From: Tubiluchus corallicola
Taxonomy: Eukaryota > Animalia > Priapulida
Direction: 5' to 3'
Assembly (NCBI GenBank): GCA_030141605.1
Contig: JAQGDQ010000015.1
Span: forward strand, 1,240,001-1,304,000
DNA length: 64,000 nt
Positions 11,671 to 25,700 of the stretch are shown piece by piece. Numbering within the stretch: position 1 is the first letter of the stretch; every line of letters starts with the position of its first letter. The translations under genes were made by a program, and so were the position numbers. The notes below the pieces were generated by a model that saw nothing but the letters and a program-made list of their open reading frames with translations, ran no database searches and had not been told where the DNA came from.

Positions 11671-14600
11671 TTACACTGCTTCTGGGTTTCCTTTCCGCAC
11701 ATAGATGTCGCCTGCTGTCCAAGTGTCTGTGAATATTCCCCAGGATGTGTCCTCGTAAGAAACATCCATTTTTAATATGTCACCCCAGTCATTATTTGTC
11801 GTTAGTCGGCCCGTGTGCATTTCGCCAGCACGCATTTCTTGATGACTATAAAATTATTAAAAATATAGATTAACTTTAAAATGACAGTCGCAGAAAGAAG
11901 ACGCCTCTACATTTGCTGGCCGAAGAAAACATGCATCACATCACACTTTATCGTTCCCCGCTTCTGCTGCCAATCTCTTTCAAGCCCCAGCCAAGGAAAA
12001 ACGCCTGTTACCTGTGCTTTTTCGTCGACTGTATTTCGTAAATATGTTGTAAATATATTGCATTTTTGAATTAGAATAAGGTCGTAGGATTGGCAAGCTC
12101 TTGTAAATATTTTTCCAAATGGCCTAATCATGCAACAGGAAGCCTAAAATTTGAGTGAATATGCTTACATTAAAGTCCCTTTAAGCCATTTGATCGAAAG
12201 ACAATACAAAAAGGCGAACGTAAGAAAATAAGCTAGTCGTCATTTAGAACATTTGAATGAAAGCTGCCATCTAGTATATTTACCCATTTACTTCAATTTT
12301 AATGACGATAAATTTTATGACTATTTCAAAAATTCTGGTAAGATTTTGCTTCTGTAACACAGCGTGCTTTATGTGGCAACATTTGTTTTGTTCTAATAAA
12401 TAAATTAACAGACAACTTTTCTTTTTATGTTAAGAAGTAAATGTATTTTGGAAATAATTAACGACACTGTGTTGTTAGGCATTGAGTTAGGCATAAATGA
12501 TAGGCATTGAGTTACAGAGGTCACTCGTCTATACTCAGTCAACAACATGTGCTAAAATTTGAAGTAAATCTGAACCATTAGAAATCATTTTATGGCGTCT
12601 ATAACAAAAGTGAGTTTTAGAAAATCTGTTAATCCATAATTTCAGCTTGAAACAAAATCAGATGATAGATAAAAGTGACATGTAGCAGGATTTTCAATAA
12701 ATAAAAACGGCACTGCCGTGAAAAAGAGCTAAAAGGTATGATGAACGAAGGAATGGTAGATTTGGCAAACGATTGATTATTGAGTGAAAGAACTGATGAA
12801 CAACGGAACAAATGTCCAAAAAATCAAGAAGCTACCGACGAAGTCACAAAGCAAGCAAATGAATGAAATAACCGGCTAAATAAGTTTTACAGAATTAATT
12901 TTGAGGGTTTGGTGTGCGTGGCTACGTAATTATAGGCCTTGTTTAAAGAGCAGATGGGAAAATTGCTAAAGAAAACCTTATGCAGTCAAGTCGCGAACGT
13001 GCACATTTTAAAGCTACAATTGCATTAACGCTACCTTATGGTCTGCATGTTGGGAGAATTACCAGATGATCCATATAGTGTAGCTAAAATTCTTCCACTA
13101 ACTTTGTCTGACATGGATGAAGTGTAAATTTCAAATTGAACAGAGAAATCTGTAAAAAAATTTAAAAAGTCTGGATAGCTTTGAATTACAAAGTTTGAAC
13201 TGACTGTAAAGCATTATCATTATCCTTTAGATAATTAAATAAAACACTCTTAAACAGGATTACAAAACAATAAGAAAATCAACCAGTTTACGTCGTGATC
13301 TTTACCACAAAAAGTACAGAGAAACTTTTTGTTAGCTATTGGAAGAAATGCTTTCATTTACTTTTCAGTGAAAATTACAACAATAACATAATTTTCTTCC
13401 CGCATAAATTTTTTTGGCTTGTTGGTTTATGACTTTTCTAACTTTAGACTGATCCAAGAGACTGGATGACCTTAAATTTTTCATTGTATACACAAGAGTG
13501 TTCATAATATCAGCGTGGTAAGTTTTAAGCGATTCCGTTATTTTCTTCTTATAATATCATGGCCAAAACTTCGGCACATTTTTTGCGCAATCAGATATAA
13601 TAATAATAATATTAAAAAATATAAACCATGTTACTATAAGACCATTCTAAACGTTCATTTAAAAAGTTTAAATATAGAAGACTCTTTTTTGTGTTTTCTC
13701 TAATTTTTCTTGTTGAAAACAATTGACGATCTATAGTAAATTATACATATCATCTTTATTCATACATAATGTTACACTGTATATAATATACTAGTGCTAG
13801 TCACATTGTTATATACATTATGTTTTTTTAGCTGCACAAAAACCAAAATGTAACTAATGACATGCGTCAATGATGCTTATAAAGCAATTAGAAAATTGAA
13901 ACGATTTGATATACGGAAAGCTATCCATAATCTATTTACTTACGGCAGTAAGAAGGACTGTCGTCAGTTGACAGGTAAAGTGATCCTCTTCCATTAACAT
14001 ACTTATCAGCGTGAAAGCCCATACTAGAACATTGACCATGGCTACAACTGCCACATTTTCCGACATCAAAATCATCATAGTTACTGCAAGGATATCCCGT
14101 GTATGGACATGTGTCATAGCTGGTGATAGAGTCTGCGTAGAAATCGCAAGCCCTCATGTGATTACAAGAAAATGCTAGAATAATACCTGTCAAAATAACA
14201 ATAACACTAGTACACACTAGTTTTTCTGTAAGGCGTTATCAGTGTTTAGGTATCTTAATGTAAGGAAATATCAAGTAATCAGCAAAAGTGAAGCATGGGT
14301 GCATGAAATGTAAGCAAGAAAAATTGGTCTTTTCAAAAGTCCCCTCATTATTACTGTGTAAAACTTCAAACGCAGAATAAAAAAATTCTGAACTATTGGG
14401 CAAGAATTTACCCCAAGATAAGCATCATAGTATATCAGTTGCAAAGAAAATTAGAAATCAAATTAGTGAGTGAAAGCAACCTATTTAGAAAAGTAAACCG
14501 TAAACAGTACCAAGCAAATCGCCTGTAATTAAATCCCACAGCATGTCCCATAGCATGTCAAAAAGATCGTCGCAGCCAGGTTGTAGGACGCCGCCATTTG

Positions 14601-16079
14601 GATAAAAGTCAACTGATCCTACTGGTTGCTTAATCCCAAGTCCCAGGAGATATATTGGAGATGTATCGGTATGTATAGCATCAACAAAAGTAGCATCCGT
14701 GGGATCCAAACGGACAACAGGATCAGTGCTCTCAAAGTAAGGTCCAGCAGGATCCAAACCTGCAAGGGAAAAATTTGTTTTGTTATAGTCGTTTTTTATG
14801 TCAAAGAAATCACAAAATTTGTTTGATTATTAACTGTAGGAAAATGTGTGTTCTAGGTATTATGGGAAATACAGGTGAAAAAATTATTAAAGACGGCTAG
14901 GCCTTCAAACAACGTAATAGTTTTGCAACCTGAAAGATACAAATTTAATACTTTTACTAGCTTCAATACTAGTTAAAATGGCAAACGCTAAGGTCAGTTA
15001 AAAAAACCATTAACTTAGATCCAAGATCTGAACTTACCAGTTATCCTGGCTAGTCCTGGTAAAATCTCACCAGCGTATCCGGCCGTATGAGCACCAAGGC
15101 TGTGTCCTATGATGTGTACTTGACTATTGGAAATGCCAGTTTGAGCTCTTAACCAATCCACTAGCTGAGCAATTTGTGCCCCGACTACTCTCGTATTGGC
15201 CGTTGACTGACTGTATACCATTTTGGCTCCATCTCGCCAGTCGACGGCAATGACATTGTAGTCACCCTATTAACAGTCAATGATTTTGGACTGCTGCAGT
15301 AAACATTAACAAGAGTAGATGACAACTACAACTGTGTTGGCTGCGAAACTGTGTGCACAAAGGCACCCACAAGCACAAGAAAACCAAAAAAAGTTTAAAA
15401 AGATTTAAACAATGCAGTTCAAGTTTATAATATCAATGGTATCATAAATCCGCGATTACTACGTTTAAACTACGAACTTAGTCTGTGATTTAGATCCAAA
15501 TTTAGTCAAATTTTCTTTAACTTTTAGCTAAATTTGAGTTAAATATTGTAAACGCGTATTCTGTATATTCTTAACGGTTATTCGTAAAATTAAGATTGTT
15601 AAAATTTGAATTAAAACGTGATTACTGATGCATTAGATATTGCATACATAGTTTAGGAATTTGCTAATCATATACTGTGCCCAATCTTCATGAATATTGT
15701 GCGTCCATCCATGAATCAAAAACTTTGTTTCTTTTGTTGGATCAAAGTTAGATGCTTGAAGCAAGGCAATGTTGTCATATTCTAGCACTTGTTCATTTCC
15801 TTCACCGAAGTTCTTCCTGAAAAGAGAAGTAGAAATGACGAAATTCGTTGATGTAATATTCGGAAAATTCCTTTAAAAACATGACATCCTTTGCATCTCT
15901 TCAGCTTTTGGAACCTTCAATTCTGGAAAATTTAAAGCAGTTTGTGAGTGTCGTTACCTGGTGTATAACCAAAACTGTGTGCCAATTTCATCCTGACATT
16001 TTGGAGCTAGGTTGAATGGCCGAGTTCCGCTAATCCACACGCCGCCATTGTCGAAACAACCAAGTCCTGGGCAGCACGC
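11671..16079 (-). CDS. Pancreatic lipase-related protein (alpha/beta hydrolase plus PLAT domain), multi-exon; 5' exons not resolved
   Basis: Phase-consistent GT-AG exons 16079-15958 (CCPGLGCF), 15816-15648 (TKFLIHGW), 15266-15038 ([15 protein letters not shown] nucleophile), 14759-14511 (GLDPAGP, DAIHT, DFYPNGG..QPGC), 14186-13944 (CNHMRA catalytic His), 13149-13035 and 11845-11675 (PLAT-like). Possible extra exon at ~16537-16566 (DSSRMFVVAE). The 3' end is either the in-frame TAA at 11673-11671 or a further exon. Confidence 0.92.
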
Positions 16080-18020
16080 CTGGAGAAAAAACATTTGCCA
16101 GTAATAGGATTTAGGCCTTCTTAAGTTGTATAGCATGTAATACTGGAAAAATAGCGCTATAATCTTCTGCGACTTTTTCATCTAGGCAATAAAAGCAATT
16201 TAATAGCCAGAAATTTACCATACTTTTGTAAAATTTTACAACGACTTAAAATTCCGAGATAAACAAATGACCTATTGCCGCTGGTGCTACCGAAACATAA
16301 ATTTTGCTAGAGATTTGCAAAAACAACGAATAACAGTACAGAAACAGTACAATACAAAAATATTACATCAAAGTGTAACTGAAACAATAGAGAACATATG
16401 ATGCTTCAATATTTACTGTGGAAGCACAGCCAGCCCATACAGCCTGTACTTTAGAGGCAGTACGATTAAAGTAATGGCATGAAAACTCTGAGGTTAATTT
16501 TTTATTAAACTGAATGGCATGGAAATTCACCGGACCTCAGCCACAACGAACATACGGGAGCTATCCTGAAAGATAGAGTAGGAAGCTAAAATGACCGAAA
16601 AAACGCTATTATTCTGTGTTCAACAGACAAAATCGAGACACATTTGTAAGGTGTTTTAAAGGATCTTGAGGTTATTCTGTCACTCCAGTCATATCACTCA
16701 AGATTGTAAGGCAATCTGACACACACGAAGCTTACACTCTATATATTGAAGGCAGAGTGGTTTCTTTATTGATCCAGTAATACTTAACAGAAAGTTACGT
16801 ACCACTTCGTATAACCGATTAAGAGCAAGTGCAATTTTATAGACCAACCTCAGTGCAATTATAGTATAATTGATAGTAGAGGGCTTGCCTTTTTGGTGTG
16901 ACAGATGCTCGAACAGTTTCGCAGGGTTCCGGTCTAGCCGTGACTAGGTTTAATTATTCATTTGGTAATCCGTATTCAGTTTTGTAAAACTGGTCAAAAC
17001 ACCACACTAAGCTGTAACCGTGTGCTAAGCACTATCTTCCAATTCTGTGGTCTATTTTGCATACGTTATAATTTTATTGGTCTGGTATTTTGAATAAAAT
17101 CTATAATCAATCAAAATAATATTTAAGAATTAGGCCGATCTTTCACATTGGCTTTGCAAGTACGTACCAGGGGCAGAATAGGACAGGGAAGGCCAACAAC
17201 TAGGGAATTAGTTGAATGATCCATTTAAAACGGGATCATTACAGGAGATTGTGGGGAAAACAAGGAGTAGACGTGGGTGGAGATAGTCTGTGACGAACAT
17301 CTGGAGACTTACTTCTTGCCACCACTTTTGGTCAGGTTCGGAAGCCTCAGGTACATCTCCTTTTAGGTACTCATTTATGGCTCTTGTCAACTTCTCCTGA
17401 TCAATGGCGCTTGCTGTACGCATAAATAGATTCTTAGCGTAATTCAAAATTTTTAAATGGTTTGAAATGTTGAGCATAAACAGCTTTCATGTACTACTAA
17501 TGACTTTTTATGATATACCAACAAATTATGAACTACGTGATGCAAACTGTTCACTGTGTTTATTCAAACTGTTTCGACATAATTTAGTAATGTCTTGAAT
17601 GTTGTCTTCTTCAGGTGTCCCAGGACTTCAAATTGACAATTCATGTAGTACCTAGTTTCTGTAAAGAAGTTACCCACGTTTATTTATTTTGTCTTTCTTG
17701 ATTTTAGAGTCGTAGTATTTTGTGTCGTAGTCCATAATAAACAAATAATGCATAAATATGAGCGAAAGTGAACAGAATTTTGCAAAAAACACAAAGTATA
17801 TTGATTACTGATATTAATTGCGAATGCTTGTGAATCTAAACGCATTACTATTGCTTATAATATGTTTACATGCTGCATAAAGGATAACTTGTCATCATCA
17901 TTATCCCCTATGAACTGGCTAGTCGTGTAACATAGTGTAATCCAACGCATTGTTCCACCGATTTTCTAAACTCGTCAAATACAAACACAATGGCAGTTTC
18001 GAAACTTGCTTATTGACGGC

Positions 18021-18199
18021 ACGTTCCGACTAGAGAGTTTTCTCTGAGCAAGTTCTGTCGCGAATGCCAGCTTGCGCTAACTATCGAAAAGAGCTTTCAG
18101 CATCTTTCGGAGAGGTTAAAAAAACTTGCCGATAGAACTCGCAAGTCCGTTCACATTTGAGAGTTTGCTCTCAGAGGGAAAACTCTCTAGCCTGAATGT
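18021..18199. mobile_element. ~180-bp MITE-like element
   Basis: Inverted ends ACGTTCCGACTAGAGAGTTTTCTCTGAGCAA ... TTGCTCTCAGAGGGAAAACTCTCTAGCCTGAATGT. Confidence 0.65.
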
Positions 18200-19619
18200 A
18201 GGTTATCATTTTATTTCAGTAAATACTTTACGGACCATTAGCTTTCTATTTTGGTACGTATCAATGAATAACATTTCTTGGGAACAGCAACTATGGTTAA
18301 CTTAACTGTTAGAAATTTTCATTAAAAAGTTTGAATGAGATAAGCACAGTCAATTGTAGTAACGGAAAATCAGCCCAAAAACTAAGTGTAAGATGTGATA
18401 ACTGTTGACGGAAGTCCACAAGGTTTCTTACCTGACACCAAGACAACGAGGCAAGCAATTGTAAGACGCTTAATCCCTCTCATGTCTCAAGCATAAACGC
18501 GCAAAACACCACACTTTACTAAATGCGCGCCGTGCAACTCACGAATGTCTTTTTGTCAATTCAGTGATCAGTGAGCAATTTTTCATCTCCAGCCGGAGGT
18601 GGACCCAGAAGGAAAATGCGAACCATTTGATAAAGCGCGTTTTTTGCCAACCACCGACAGGTGTGGCGATGCCTCGAGTGAAAGTATGGGAAGAAATCAG
18701 CTGTGTTTGCGTTTGACGAGTATGTCACGTACTGGCAATGGTACAAACTGTGTCTTGAATGTGACGACGATAGGCGCGATTATTTGACGAGGTTGGAATC
18801 CAAAAGTCTACTTAGAAGATCACTTCTTTGAGATGTGTAAGCTGTCCAATTGCTGCGCAAGCTTTGCATACGAATTGGAGTGCAATTTCACAACCATCAC
18901 AATTAAGCAACGCTAAAAGTTTTGTCGGGCAAAGGAAGATCATTCTGAGCCCATCTAGGATCATATCATAATGTCACCTGCAAAACTCAAAAAATTATTC
19001 CAAACTGAGGCACTTCAGTGCAGCTGTTATAGCGCAGTGAAACAATTCCGAGAATTATACAGGCGCTTCAATCACCTTCACGGTAGTGATGCTAATATAT
19101 TCTAATTTATTTTTGTCATTAGTCATTTACACAGTACGCTATAACATTAGCTATACTAACAATTTTTCCCTTGAGAAACAGATTCAAGCGATAATGAAAA
19201 ATTTAATTATACAAAAATACAGTTATATAAAATTAACGAAATTCACACACGTCAGTGTTAAATAAACTTTAAACATACGGTCTAGGTAGCGAAGAAGTGA
19301 TAGTTAATGGATGAAATCTTGCATGATTATTTCAATTCATTTGATTGTCAAATGCATATTCTTTCTGAAAGAATACCTGAATGGTTGTTTCTCAAACCAG
19401 TTCGGCAGATGGTGGTAGAAGGTGTTTTGAAAGAATCATAGTTTTATCCACGCAAACTTTCTTTTTGCATGAGAGTTTAAATTTCAAGAACATTTTTGCC
19501 AACGGTCATAATGAACTGCGGAGCTCAACTTAAAAGTTTAAAAAGCCCTAAAAAGAAACTGAACATACATATTTGTTTCCACCATTTGTTAAAGTTATAT
19601 ATGAATACAAAAATGACTC

Positions 19620-20220
19620 GGACCCAATCTTAAACTGTAGGTTAAAATAATTTACTCTTTAAAATATTGAAAGGATACTTTTTCGAACATAACTTACGTG
19701 GAATTTATTTTCACACAAACACAATTTCGGTTTCGCGTCACTAGTTCTTCGCTGTTACATGCATTTCGCTATAATAATAGTTAGACGGGCACTAGCGCCT
19801 GCATTTCGGTAACGCATTGTACAAAAAACAGATGCTGTGTCTCTCGGTTCAGGCCTTGTTAGTTTGTGATGAACTACACACGTTTGACAGCTTATGCGTG
19901 AGCAGAGCAGTAAATTTGCGATTTGAATTTTCATCTTAAAACTTGCCCCAAGTTTTAGTGCAACACATTAAATCTCTTACAGCAACAACGTACTTCAATT
20001 TTCTCTTTCGCAAATGTGGAATATTTTTTCTGTTGAAACTGAAATTATGTTAGTTTGTGATGTCATCAATAGTTGGGCTCGCTCGCCGTTAATTAAATTT
20101 TTAATCTATTATTTAACTATTAGAAACGCTTTTGCAGTATAAATTGTGTTAAAATGTTTACTTTTTATCGGACTTGAAAATAGCATAGTATATGAAAAAT
20201 CATCCTGTCTTTATTTAAAT
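19620..20220. repeat. Dispersed repeat, copy A (inverted relative to 57003-57597)
   Basis: Colinear blocks gacccaatcttaaactgta, ctagttcttcgctgttacatgcatttcgc, tagttagacgggcact and tttatcggacttgaaaa match the reverse complement of 57003-57597. Confidence 0.85.
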
Positions 20221-20519
20221 TTCATCGAGGTGGCTTTACTTCTTTGTAATTAATATTTGTCAAACAATTTTTTTGTCAAATTTGTAAACAAATACAAAAG
20301 GCACTTGTGATTATCAAAATTATCAGTCTTTTGTAGACAAGCTCATCTCATGATTGTATGTATACTTCTTTTCAATACTAATATATCAAAACTAGCCTAC
20401 ATATACATTAGGTGGTCAACAGTACCGATAGATGTATTTGGCAGTTATCAAAACAGTTATGATGTTTGATGCCAGACGATTTTGGCTGCCGTGTGCTAAT
20501 GAATTATACTCAAAGAGAG

Positions 20520-22669
20520 TCAGCGTAACACCATTCTCATTTTATACTCTGAAGGTGAACAGATGAAGCCAACAACCGGTTCCAAGTCAAGCTCAGTATC
20601 GCATTCTTCCTTTTCTATATCGAAGTGTTGAAGTGCGCAGGTAAAGTAAAGAAAAAGCTCCATTTTTGTCAGCGATTCCCCGAGACAAACTCGTCTTCCT
20701 ATAAAAAACACTCACATAAATAGTATTAATGGTTTTAATGATATAATACAGAAATTTTTGACACTTATGTTGTGCTAAAAACCATAAAAATCATATAAAC
20801 GTATAAACGTAAGAGTTTATCATAAAAAAATAAAATGAACTAACTGTAGCAGCGGCACATTTTACAACATATCGGATGTTTCAAAATTTAATAGCAATAA
20901 TTACGGAATGAATCTTAGTGGCAACAAACTTGGCTTCATATTTTAATTTACACCTATATATTACGCTGTTCTCTATATATGGCCATGGATTAGATTCAGA
21001 TTTCAGAGATTTTCCACCTTTACTCTAGAATCAGCATGGTAACAGAAGAAAACGGCGCAAAACATAGGCTCGAAACAAGAACAATTCTCCACAATTTACC
21101 AAATCAGATTTTACCGAAAGATGAATGTCATTGTTTGATTAGCTGCAGAAAAAAACTGAAAATCAAATTAGTTGGTGACTTATAAAACGCCCTACACTGT
21201 TAACTTTTACCAACTGAAAATGGTAGAAAATCTTCATTTTTTATGAATTGTCCGCTCTCGTTCAGATGTCGCTCTGGTCGAAAAACTTCAGGTTCTGGAA
21301 AAACTTCAGGATTCATCAGCACCGCCGTGGGATTGAAAGTTACAGGAGTCAGCTTTGGAATTGTGTAATTGTCAAGTAGTACTTCTTCGCTGTTAGTGTG
21401 GGGTGCCACAATTGGCACAATGTTACCTATATAATAATAGTACAATAATTACCGGTACAATAACATTAAAGGACAAGGAAAGAGCATAAATAAAGTGTAA
21501 AACAATTGTCCTGAAATTTTGCACCACTTACATCCTGTCTTTTTGCATAGAGAGCTTGCGTTAGCAGTAATGTTGCACAGGTATTTGAAGAAACTGAAGC
21601 AAGTGCAGACAAAATTAAAAAAACAATCGGATCATCTGCAGCCCACATGTTAAGGAAATATATGAAGGACTTTAATTTGTTGATAAACTTAATAGTATGT
21701 TTTCTGGCAGGAAGCAGTAAGCGCAAAGTGGTACAAACATGATTCGCGTGGTGTAACAATATCAATATTGAAAAAAATTGTTTCGAATCGTTAAAAATGA
21801 GTTGGTTAAAGAAACTGAAAAATACTGTGTTAATAGGACACGCACCTATTCGTTGAATCTCTGTCAATGTTGCTTCTACATAAGGCATGAGAGGGCGGTC
21901 GCTGCAAGAGGGCATGCGGCTTCTTCCAATAATGTCATCAATCTCTTGCTGAACTTTCTTCATCACTTCCGGGTACTTCATCATAAAAAGAAATGCCCAA
22001 CGTAACGTTGTGGCAGTTGTTTCAGTACCCGCGAAGAACAGATCGGCTGCAACAGCGCTCAGCTCATCAACTACAAAATAATGACAAAACGCATTGCAGA
22101 AAGAAGTTATTAATTGCCTATTTTTAATAAAACCTTGATTCAATAAGTTCTATCATAGTACTAATATATGTGGAGCAAAAAGAGAGAAAGACGTTTGTTT
22201 TGCTTTGATTTGATTTAAACTTACATTTCAAATTAACGCCATAGGTTTGTATGTGGTGCATTGCGTGTTTTGTATTATTTTTACAATATTTTATTTTTAT
22301 TATAATCCATTGATATACTGATTAAAATTACATGTAAAGGCTTTCTTATTTTTATTTATTCTTATTTGATGTGGTGCAAGTACCAACTTGGTAACGTCGT
22401 TACATCTATAAAACTCTATCTACCATAACCGTGTTTAAACTATAATGTAAATTTTGAAAATAGGCAGCCTTTTGCTGCTCTTGAGCTACTTCATTCGTAA
22501 AGAGAGAGAAAAGAAAGAGAAAAAGAAAAATGGTAATATTTTTAATTAAGCTCTGGTTGTTTCAGCATACAGTATAGTTCTCAGGTGTTAAAATAAGATA
22601 AATTAAAATTAACTTAACTCAAATTAAATTAAGTTAAATTAAATTAAATTATAAAATCTCCGTCGCCTA

Positions 22670-22742
<73 letters not shown>

Positions 22743-25700
22743 CACAGGGAGGATTGAAACGAAGAGAAAAAGACAGAAAGACCGAGAGAGGGAAAACACA
22801 GAGTTACAGAGAAAAAGGGTGGAAACAGGCATGTACACTTACTGTTAAACGTTGTGTCAGCATTTCCGTCTTTTTCTTCTTGCTTCATGTGACTTATATA
22901 AGCATCTATGAAGTCCCTTATATTTTCCGAATCGAAAGATTCTATATGGTTGTCTATGTGTTTCACAATGAAGTCAAATACCAATTTCTGATTGTTGATG
23001 AAGCTCAGATAGCTGAAAAAAGGAGACTCGTCATCATCATCGTTGTCGTCGCCGTCATAGTCGTCATCATCATTATCATCGCCACTTTCTGAAATTATCA
23101 CTCGTCATCATCATCATCTGATCAACAATGTTACTATTACGAATGCCGCCTCCCTCGATCTTTTTGGTTGCGACTGCCGGCAAAGCGGCACAGTAGAATT
23201 AAGAAGTTGCAGTAAAATATTATGTAGTTTCTTATACTACAATTTCTCAGATCCCTGAAGATCATTACAGCATTGCTTTATGCCACTACAGTTTAACACA
23301 GTTTAATAATTATCTTACTAAATACCTGTTTCGAACTCCAGGAAGAAATCTTGTCCAAGGAAAGACATCAATGACACCCATTAGTAGTGTATTTGATGCA
23401 TCTTCGCAAATTGCCCTCATTAATTTTAGAAATTCCTCATTATCATAATCGTAGCAGGCTCCTAACACTATAGATGAGATAACATTGGAGACACTATTGT
23501 TCATAAGAATCCGGATGTTAAAAGGTTGTCCGTTCTTTAGTTTGATTTCGTTTAGAAAACGGGCAGTTTCTTCCTTGATTTTCGCTTCCAGGCTAACTTT
23601 TCCCATACCAAATTCCCTGAGGGCAATCAGAGCAAATTTTCTTTGTTCTTTCCATACTCTGCCTTCAGAAAACACCAATCCTAAATAAAAAAAATAACGA
23701 ATGCTGAAAAGCGGTTAGTTTGGTGATAAAAAGTAAAATCACCTAGCCTGTGACGAATGTAATTCGTTGTTAAACATAACTAAATTTTAATACCAAACTT
23801 GAAAGAGAAGAAACGTAAACAGTCACAGTACAGTCAGGGACTTTCTTACATCGGCCTCAGCCTCAGACTACTAAACCACTGCATTGCCTGTGGTCAAGGC
23901 AGTCCAAACTTTATCCTTATAGTTGTCCAGTTAATTCAGCTTTTCCAATATGTTAGGTCGCTCACACTAAGGTGATACTAACTAATCAGATTATTTTTTA
24001 TTTTGATTAATTTAGAGCCTGAAATTTCCGTGAGTCATTAATTAAGTATTGCAAACTTAATGTCATGATTAATATTAATGACGTTACATACACGCAATTG
24101 AGTAACTTTTGGTACCAATCTTGAAAGACAGGAAACGTGCAGAAGTTGAACTTGATATGCATCCCGGCTGCACATTCTGATATATTCACATTATCTGTTT
24201 TTCGAGTTTGACATCAAAATTTAATGAATTGTGGGTTTGCAACGTAATTAATAATAATTTTCACATAAAGGTTATTATAAACATAATTTATTAGAGGTCG
24301 TCTATTAATTGATGTATAAACATATTGACAATTGCGTGTAAAAAGTACCAAATATCAGCTGTTATGATTTGTCTTAGCTATTTATAGAGGAAAACATGTC
24401 AACGAACAGATCTGCGTCTCGAATAAGCTGCACGCTATGGCTCTTATGTAAACATCCTAGGAGTTGAAGCTGCGTTCGCAAAGGCGTACATATTATACTG
24501 CTCAATATTTTGAAGAAAGCAAGTCACTGCTTCCAGTGCAGAAAAGGCATTAACGTAACTATAAAGTGCAATGTCAGGATTAGCTGCTACAACTGCAAGG
24601 AAAATCGTCATTTATCAGTCTTATATGGCTTATTATATGGCTACTTAACTCGATTTTGTTAATATATGTTCACAATCTGTAGGCATGGGGGATTGATAAA
24701 TCATATTATAATTATCAATATTAAACTAGTTGACAATGTTTCTGACGTGGTCAGAAACTGAAGATTTTGCAACAATAGTTATAAAATTGTGTCTTAGCAA
24801 TGAAGAGAGACTCTTGAAAGTGCTTATTTTCTTTTATTGAATTCACCTTGCTTGAATACATGGGAAGTGCATTTCACAATGAAACCTCAGCAGCCTATCA
24901 CCCATTTCTTTTCATTTGATATACAACAAGTTACTTTTGGTAGACCCTGGAAGTTATTTGTCTCCTCGACCTTATTTTGCCCCTAACTAGGTCACTACAA
25001 TACAAGGTCAATACAAAGTGCATTGCTCAACACGCCGTGCATTTCTGTGATGTGGTCAGAAACTGAAGTTTTTGCAAACAATAGTTATAAATGAAGTCTT
25101 AAAAATGAAGAGACGACGGCCTTTGTTTGAAAGTTATTATTTTCACCTTGCTTGAATACATAAGAAGTCAATTTCTAATCAGCCCGTCACCCACGGGTCA
25201 AAGGCCAGCCAATCTTGGCATTACTTATACCATTACATTTGGCTCACTGAGACCTTTCATTTTGTGTATTAGCTACTTTTGGTCGACCCTGGAAGACGTT
25301 TGTCTCGTAGACCCCTATTTTGCCCCTAATGAGGTCAAAAGTTAACGATTCACATTGTAACCTATGCCATTCGATTCGGCTCACCAATACCGTTCATTTG
25401 ATATGTTACATAGTGCTATTCCTAGATACTCGATGAATTTCTGTTCCTGACCGCCATTTCTCAGTTTTTACCCCCTACTGGGGTCAGAGATCAACCAGTC
25501 GCTCAGTAATTATTACCATTCAATTTGTCCCATCGAGACCTTTCATTTGCTGTACTACAAACTAGTTTTGGTACATAGTGAAAGGCGTTTGTCTCCTCGC
25601 CCCCTATTTTGCTCCCTAGGTGGGTCGCAGGTTAACTATTGTAATTTCATTACGCGGGAAACTTGTAATTTCATTGTGAAGTACAGTTCCTATGTAGTCA

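Noticed and set aside
18561-18850. Short ORFs with a faint EDHF (THAP-like) motif
   Set aside because: The other THAP ligands were not found in frame; evidence is insufficient.
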